DNA of 48,774 bases from positions 1-48,774 of IMG/VR virus record IMGVR_UViG_3300050330_000029. One strand, 5' to 3'. Made by a program: the position numbers and the translations under genes. The notes below the pieces were generated by a model that saw nothing but the letters and a program-made list of their open reading frames with translations, had not been told where the DNA came from and did no database searches. Below, piece after piece: positions 44,871 through 48,774 of this stretch (position 1 is its first letter; every line of letters begins with the position of its first letter). The DNA is from a virus (taxonomy: Duplodnaviria; Caudoviricetes).

Positions 44871-45377
44871 TCAGGCCAGCGGATCAACCGCTTGCAAGTC
44901 GTTCAATCGCTGCGTCGCCAGCAAACCGCTGGGCAGCGTGGCGTCGTAATGGATGCCGGGGGAGTCCAGCGCCCACAGTTCGGGCACGTCCTGCCAGTCG
45001 GGCGGATCGGGCGGCGCGATGCCGTCGCCACCACAACAGGGGCAGTCCTCCATGACCTGCTCCAGGCTGTTGCCCCGGTATGGGTACTCAACCGTCACCG
45101 TGCCGCTGCCGTTGCAGAGGTCGCACGGATCGGCCGCTGGCATCGGGTCGGCCGCCCGGTAGATCAGGCTGCGACGGCGGATACCGAGCGCCTGCCGGAC
45201 CCACTCGGCATGGCCGCGCAGATTGCCCGGATGCTCCCGCGCCGTCTCGCGCATCGCCTTGTCGGCCCTGGTTGTTCGGCCCGTCCAGTCGGGCGACTGC
45301 GTGTCCATTAGCTCATCCATGAGCTTGGCGTAGGCATCGTGGATCGGGTTGTCTTTGATCGGGGAGAGCAGGCACAT
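44871..45377 (-). CDS. Hypothetical with DnaJ-type Zn finger
   Basis: CDLCNGSG, CPCCGGDG. Confidence 0.7.
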   Translation of the reverse strand: MCLLSPIKDNPIHDAYAKLMDELMDTQSPDWTGRTTRADKAMRETAREHPGNLRGHAEWVRQALGIRRRSLIYRAADPMPAADPCDLCNGSGTVTVEYPYRGNSLEQVMEDCPCCGGDGIAPPDPPDWQDVPELWALDSPGIHYDATLPSGLLATQRLNDLQAVDPLA

Positions 45378-45379
45378 GG

Positions 45380-45601
45380 TTAGCGGGCTCCGTGCGAAAG
45401 GCGGTGGGTCGCGGCAATGACACGATGGTTAAAGGCGAACCAGCGATCGCTCGGCATGATGTCGTGGCCGAAGCCGAACGCCTCATCGACATCTTCGCGT
45501 GCCTTGCTCCAGAGCAGCGCCATCCGGCTGTTGCCGGTCGCCTCGACATCGCGCCACGTTTGCACGAGTCGTCGAAACGCTCGAAGTTGTTGTGCGGTCA
45601 T
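45380..45601 (-). CDS. Hypothetical protein
   Basis: AAGGAG RBS; ATGA coupling. Confidence 0.65.
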   Translation of the reverse strand: MTAQQLRAFRRLVQTWRDVEATGNSRMALLWSKAREDVDEAFGFGHDIMPSDRWFAFNHRVIAATHRLSHGAR

Positions 45602-45858
45602 GCGTGGGCTCCTTTGCGCGCGGCAATCTCGGCGCGCATCTGTGCGATCGGTCCGGCAATGGCGAGCGGCTTCGAGCCGTTCGATGTGCCGCGCCAGCTC
45701 CGCTTCTGCTGCTCGGCTTCGAGCCGTTCGATGTGCCGCGCCAGATCGGCCTCCCGGCGCAGGTCCGCCGTGCTCGGGTTCCGGCGCGCCCGGTAGGACC
45801 GGTATGCCGCCTTCGCCTGCTCCAAGCTCATCTCCGCGATCGTCCACGGGGCATTCAC
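45598..45858 (-). CDS. Hypothetical protein
   Basis: GTGA coupling; internal 31-bp repeat. Confidence 0.6.
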   Translation of the reverse strand: MNAPWTIAEMSLEQAKAAYRSYRARRNPSTADLRREADLARHIERLEAEQQKRSWRGTSNGSKPLAIAGPIAQMRAEIAARKGAHA

Positions 45859-46022
45859 GCCGCATCGTCCTCCTTGGCGGTCTCCGCCATCAGCTCCCTG
45901 AGTGCATCCAGCGCGCCCAGTACCCAAAGCTCCATGTATTGCTCGGCGGTGATCCCGAGCCGTTCGGCCTCGGCGTGCACGATGGCGCGCGCTTCGGCCT
46001 GGCCCAGTGCGATGCGGGTCAT
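45855..46022 (-). CDS. Small hypothetical
   Basis: MTRIALGQAEAR...; follows upstream stop by 1 nt. Confidence 0.55.
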   Translation of the reverse strand: MTRIALGQAEARAIVHAEAERLGITAEQYMELWVLGALDALRELMAETAKEDDAA

Positions 46023-46023
46023 G

Positions 46024-46443
46024 TCAGTCAGCGACGGCGGACAATCCCAGCGGATGCCGCCCGTATTTCGCGATGCACTCATCGATCAGGCCGTTCCGCT
46101 TCCGCGTTTCCGCGAAAATCCGCGCGTCGCTCTCGGTCACGTTTTTGGCGTAGTCATCGAAGAGCCAGAGTTGACGCGCCTTCCACAGCCCCGCCCCGGT
46201 CTCCTCGTCTTTGTCCGTGGTGCGACCCGCGTAGGGCAACCCAGCGAAATCGAGCTCACCCAGCGCGTCGCGAACTTGTTTCTGGATTTCGCGAAGTTCG
46301 AAGCCGTCGCGCTCTTCAACGGACCAGATGCCCGCGTCGCGGCACTGGACGCCGATCTGCCGCGTGGTGGCCGCGCCGCCCATTCCGACAAACACGTCTC
46401 GGATTTGCTGCGACCGACTTTTCTCAGGAAATGGCACGAGCAT
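46024..46443 (-). CDS. Hypothetical protein
   Basis: AAGGAA RBS; overlaps ParB gene end. Confidence 0.65.
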   Translation of the reverse strand: MLVPFPEKSRSQQIRDVFVGMGGAATTRQIGVQCRDAGIWSVEERDGFELREIQKQVRDALGELDFAGLPYAGRTTDKDEETGAGLWKARQLWLFDDYAKNVTESDARIFAETRKRNGLIDECIAKYGRHPLGLSAVAD

Positions 46444-47356
46444 GATTGTTCCTTTCTCGGATCGCGGCAACGATTTGCTCAATTTGCGCAATGAGTTCTT
46501 CCAGCATCGGCACCTCCGGATCGCCGGGGAACTGCCGAGTCATTTGCCGAACCTCTCGCTTCATAGCCAGCAGAGAGATCAGCCGGGGATCGGGCATCGG
46601 CGGCATCGCGGCCGCTTCGGTCAGCGCAAGCGAGCGATCGCGCCCGTCCGTGCTCTGGGAGAGCGCGATGATCTTTTGGCGCTCAGGCTCGGTTTTGGTC
46701 GCGACGTTCTGAATCGTGCGGATAGCGTCGCGTGGCGGGATGCCGGGCTGGTCGATCAATGCGACGATGGCCGGACGCTCGTCTTCCGGCAGCTTGTCCA
46801 GCGCCTCGGCCGCTTCCATCGCGTGGTACTGCTTCCAGCCCCGTTCTTCGAGGAATGGGTACTGGTCCACGGCCGCGACATGCTTTTCGGCATCGCGGAT
46901 GGTCTGCTTTGGGATGCCGATGTGCTCGGCGATTTTATCTTCTGGTACCGCCCGCTTCGGAGGCCGGCCACCAACGTGGCTTTCTACGGATTCCGTAGAA
47001 ACCTCGGCGGCTATAACCTGTTCGGCCACGTCTACCAGTTGCTTCAGCTTCCGGCTGCGTTCCGCGTCCGTGAGGTCCTTGCGCTGGAAGTTCTCTTCGA
47101 GCTCGATGACCTGGCGCTGACGGGCGTCGAGCTGACCCCAACGGCGAACCGGAACTTCCGCGAAACCGAGCTGCCGGAGCGCCCGCAAGCGGCGCTCTCC
47201 GGCAACCAGCACCCCGGCGTCGTCAACGATCAGCGGATGCAACAGGCCGTTATCGGCAATGGATTCGGCCAGCGCCGCGATGTCGCCGTAGTCCTTGCGC
47301 AGTCGGTGGCCGACGGTGATGGTGTCGATGGGGAGGCTTTCGATGCGCGGGTTCAT
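46424..47356 (-). CDS. ParB/Srx N-terminal domain protein
   Basis: LAESIADNGLLHPLIV, LVAGERRLRA, ELEENFQRKDL. Confidence 0.9.
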   Translation of the reverse strand: MNPRIESLPIDTITVGHRLRKDYGDIAALAESIADNGLLHPLIVDDAGVLVAGERRLRALRQLGFAEVPVRRWGQLDARQRQVIELEENFQRKDLTDAERSRKLKQLVDVAEQVIAAEVSTESVESHVGGRPPKRAVPEDKIAEHIGIPKQTIRDAEKHVAAVDQYPFLEERGWKQYHAMEAAEALDKLPEDERPAIVALIDQPGIPPRDAIRTIQNVATKTEPERQKIIALSQSTDGRDRSLALTEAAAMPPMPDPRLISLLAMKREVRQMTRQFPGDPEVPMLEELIAQIEQIVAAIRERNNHARAIS

Positions 47357-47572
47357 CTAGGCGACCCTTGCCTCTGCTTCCGCACGCTCCAGGAGCTCTC
47401 GGATTGCCCGACGAATCACCATTGCGGCGTTGCCCTCATAGAGACGTTCCGCAAGATCCTTGATCCGCTCCTGATCGCTCTCCGGGATTCGGAAGCACAT
47501 CGTGACGATTGGTGCCTCAGTCGATTCCATGTCCGTCCTATTTCGATCTATGACGTCATGTGATTTTGCCAT
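47357..47572 (-). CDS. Ribbon-helix-helix regulator in the Cro position
   Basis: VTMCFRIPESDQERIKDLA...AAMVIRRAIRELL. Confidence 0.72.
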   Translation of the reverse strand: MAKSHDVIDRNRTDMESTEAPIVTMCFRIPESDQERIKDLAERLYEGNAAMVIRRAIRELLERAEAEARVA

Positions 47573-47658
47573 ACGGAGAGGATAGCACGACATATGACGT
47601 TGCGCAAGAGGGTATTACGGCGTGATATTTCTACCTATGGCAAGCATCACGACATATG
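47549..47658. promoter_or_regulatory. Divergent switch promoters and candidate operators
   Basis: Minus TTGCGC-N17-TATCCT ends 6 nt before ATG 47572; repeats CACGACATATG (47586, 47648) and TATGACGT (47549, 47593). Confidence 0.55.
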
Positions 47659-48119
47659 CGCAGTGGCTCAAAGCGATGCGTCGCGAGAAGCGCATGACGC
47701 AGCAGGATCTCGCTGAGGCAACGGGCATGGCTCGCACCTATCTCAGCGCCGTGGAAGGCGGAAAGGTGCGGATGCCGAAATCACCGAATCGGGAGCGTAT
47801 TCACCGGGTATTCGGGTCTTCCGATCGTGAGCTGGAAGATTTGAATCTCATCGCATGGGATGGTTTCGGAAACGAGATCGTCCCTGAAGGGGACGCTCCG
47901 CTGATCGAGCGCCGCGAGGCCGGCGATGAGGACAAGCTTCCGGCCGGCATGAGTCCAGGTGCGTGGGTAGCAACGTCAGACTCAGCTGCGCGCATTTCTG
48001 CACTCGTTCGTCTTGTCGCATGGTCCCCCGACCGGGAGTACGATGTTACGAAGACACTGCTCCGGTATGTCGAGGAAGATCGCCAGCAGGAGGTGACGAA
48101 TGGCAGCCTATTGTCGTAA
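47637..48119 (+). CDS. XRE-family immunity repressor
   Basis: LKAMRREKRMTQQDLAEATGMARTYLSAVEGG; divergent from early operon. Confidence 0.85.
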   Translation: MASITTYAQWLKAMRREKRMTQQDLAEATGMARTYLSAVEGGKVRMPKSPNRERIHRVFGSSDRELEDLNLIAWDGFGNEIVPEGDAPLIERREAGDEDKLPAGMSPGAWVATSDSAARISALVRLVAWSPDREYDVTKTLLRYVEEDRQQEVTNGSLLS

Positions 48120-48774
48120 CTGCGGAGCGGCGCTCGTCGTTCCTTTGCTCGTGCTGGCGCTCGCTGCGCTCTCCTTTGGCTCTACCAGCGCGGCAGCGGG
48201 GCCGCAGTGCAGCTACTACATCTTCCAGGATGAAGCGCAAGCGGTGCTCGACACCTATGGGTATGCGGAGACGCTCGATCCTGACGGCGATGGGGTCGCC
48301 TGTAACGAACTCCCGGCGCGCCCGGATTTCCTCCAGGACGCGATCACGGTGGTGCTCAGTGCCGTCAAGCCGGGTCCGATCATCAAGGCGTATAGCAACG
48401 GCACCCCGTACACCATCACGCTCGCCGGGCTGGAGGCGTTCGATCCGGCAGCATGTGCTGGCAAGCGCACGGAACAGCTTCTTGCCGAGATGCTCCCGAG
48501 CAAGACGCGCTTCTTGATTCAGGTGCTCGGTCCGTCCCAAGGCGATGACGTGCTCGCGTTAGCTTGGCTTCCAGGATCGGGCGCATCGAGCCCCACACTT
48601 CTGAATGTCGATGTTGCTCGCGCCGGACTATTGAAGGCAGCGCCCGGCGGTTCGTTCGATCATGCCGATGAGATCGCAGCAGCGTCTCGGCAAGCGGAGC
48701 AGGCAGGGGTCGGATTCTGGGGGACGTGCGAGTTCGACTCGCTTGCGCCGGCACCCACCCCAACACCCAACGGG
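48100..48774 (+). CDS. Secreted Excalibur Ca-binding + thermonuclease-like protein (runs off window)
   Basis: Signal/TM; C...QDEAQ...LDPDGDGVAC; LNVDVARAG...AEQAGVGFWG.C; CAGGAGG RBS. Confidence 0.75.
   Translation, partial: MAAYCRNCGAALVVPLLVLALAALSFGSTSAAAGPQCSYYIFQDEAQAVLDTYGYAETLDPDGDGVACNELPARPDFLQDAITVVLSAVKPGPIIKAYSNGTPYTITLAGLEAFDPAACAGKRTEQLLAEMLPSKTRFLIQVLGPSQGDDVLALAWLPGSGASSPTLLNVDVARAGLLKAAPGGSFDHADEIAAASRQAEQAGVGFWGTCEFDSLAPAPTPTPNG

Larger units (their letters stand above)
163..48774. mobile_element. Temperate siphovirus-like prophage/phage genome (ends not defined, integrase not in window)
   Basis: Canonical order of repressor/Cro, replication, TerS-TerL-portal-head-neck-tail-tape measure and lysis genes; no sheath gene recognised. 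Confidence 0.93.

Overview
The window is a nearly complete GC-rich temperate siphovirus-type (pro)phage; no integrase or att site is visible, and it may lie beyond the right edge. From right to left: an immunity switch (XRE repressor on +, ribbon-helix-helix Cro analogue on -) drives a long leftward early operon. That operon holds a ParB-N protein, small ORFs, a ~540-nt highly structured intergenic RNA, a truncated annealing protein, an SSB-like protein, a primase-polymerase/helicase with an iteron origin flanked by two CoiA-like nucleases, an HNH, a RusA-like resolvase and a sigma-r4/alpha-CTD fusion. The late genes follow on the - strand: TerS, TerL, portal, an SGNH fibre, gpF, scaffold, decoration, capsid, neck, tail tube, -1 frameshifted chaperones, tape measure, tail tip and a lysis cassette with two hydrolases. 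Insertions on the + strand interrupt the late region, and a small + strand accessory module with a truncated PAPS-reductase-like gene lies at the left end. The most notable signal is a three-part late region. Each part is preceded by a Com-like zinc-ribbon gene and then a promoter / RNA hairpin / UGCGU leader, which suggests a three-step RNA-level activation relay. Other signals are the structured early RNA with a pseudoknot and long-range complement, an orphan second origin-like palindrome, repeated gene-junction duplications and frameshifting tandem duplications confined to early genes. All family assignments come from motif recognition by eye; no database searches were run.
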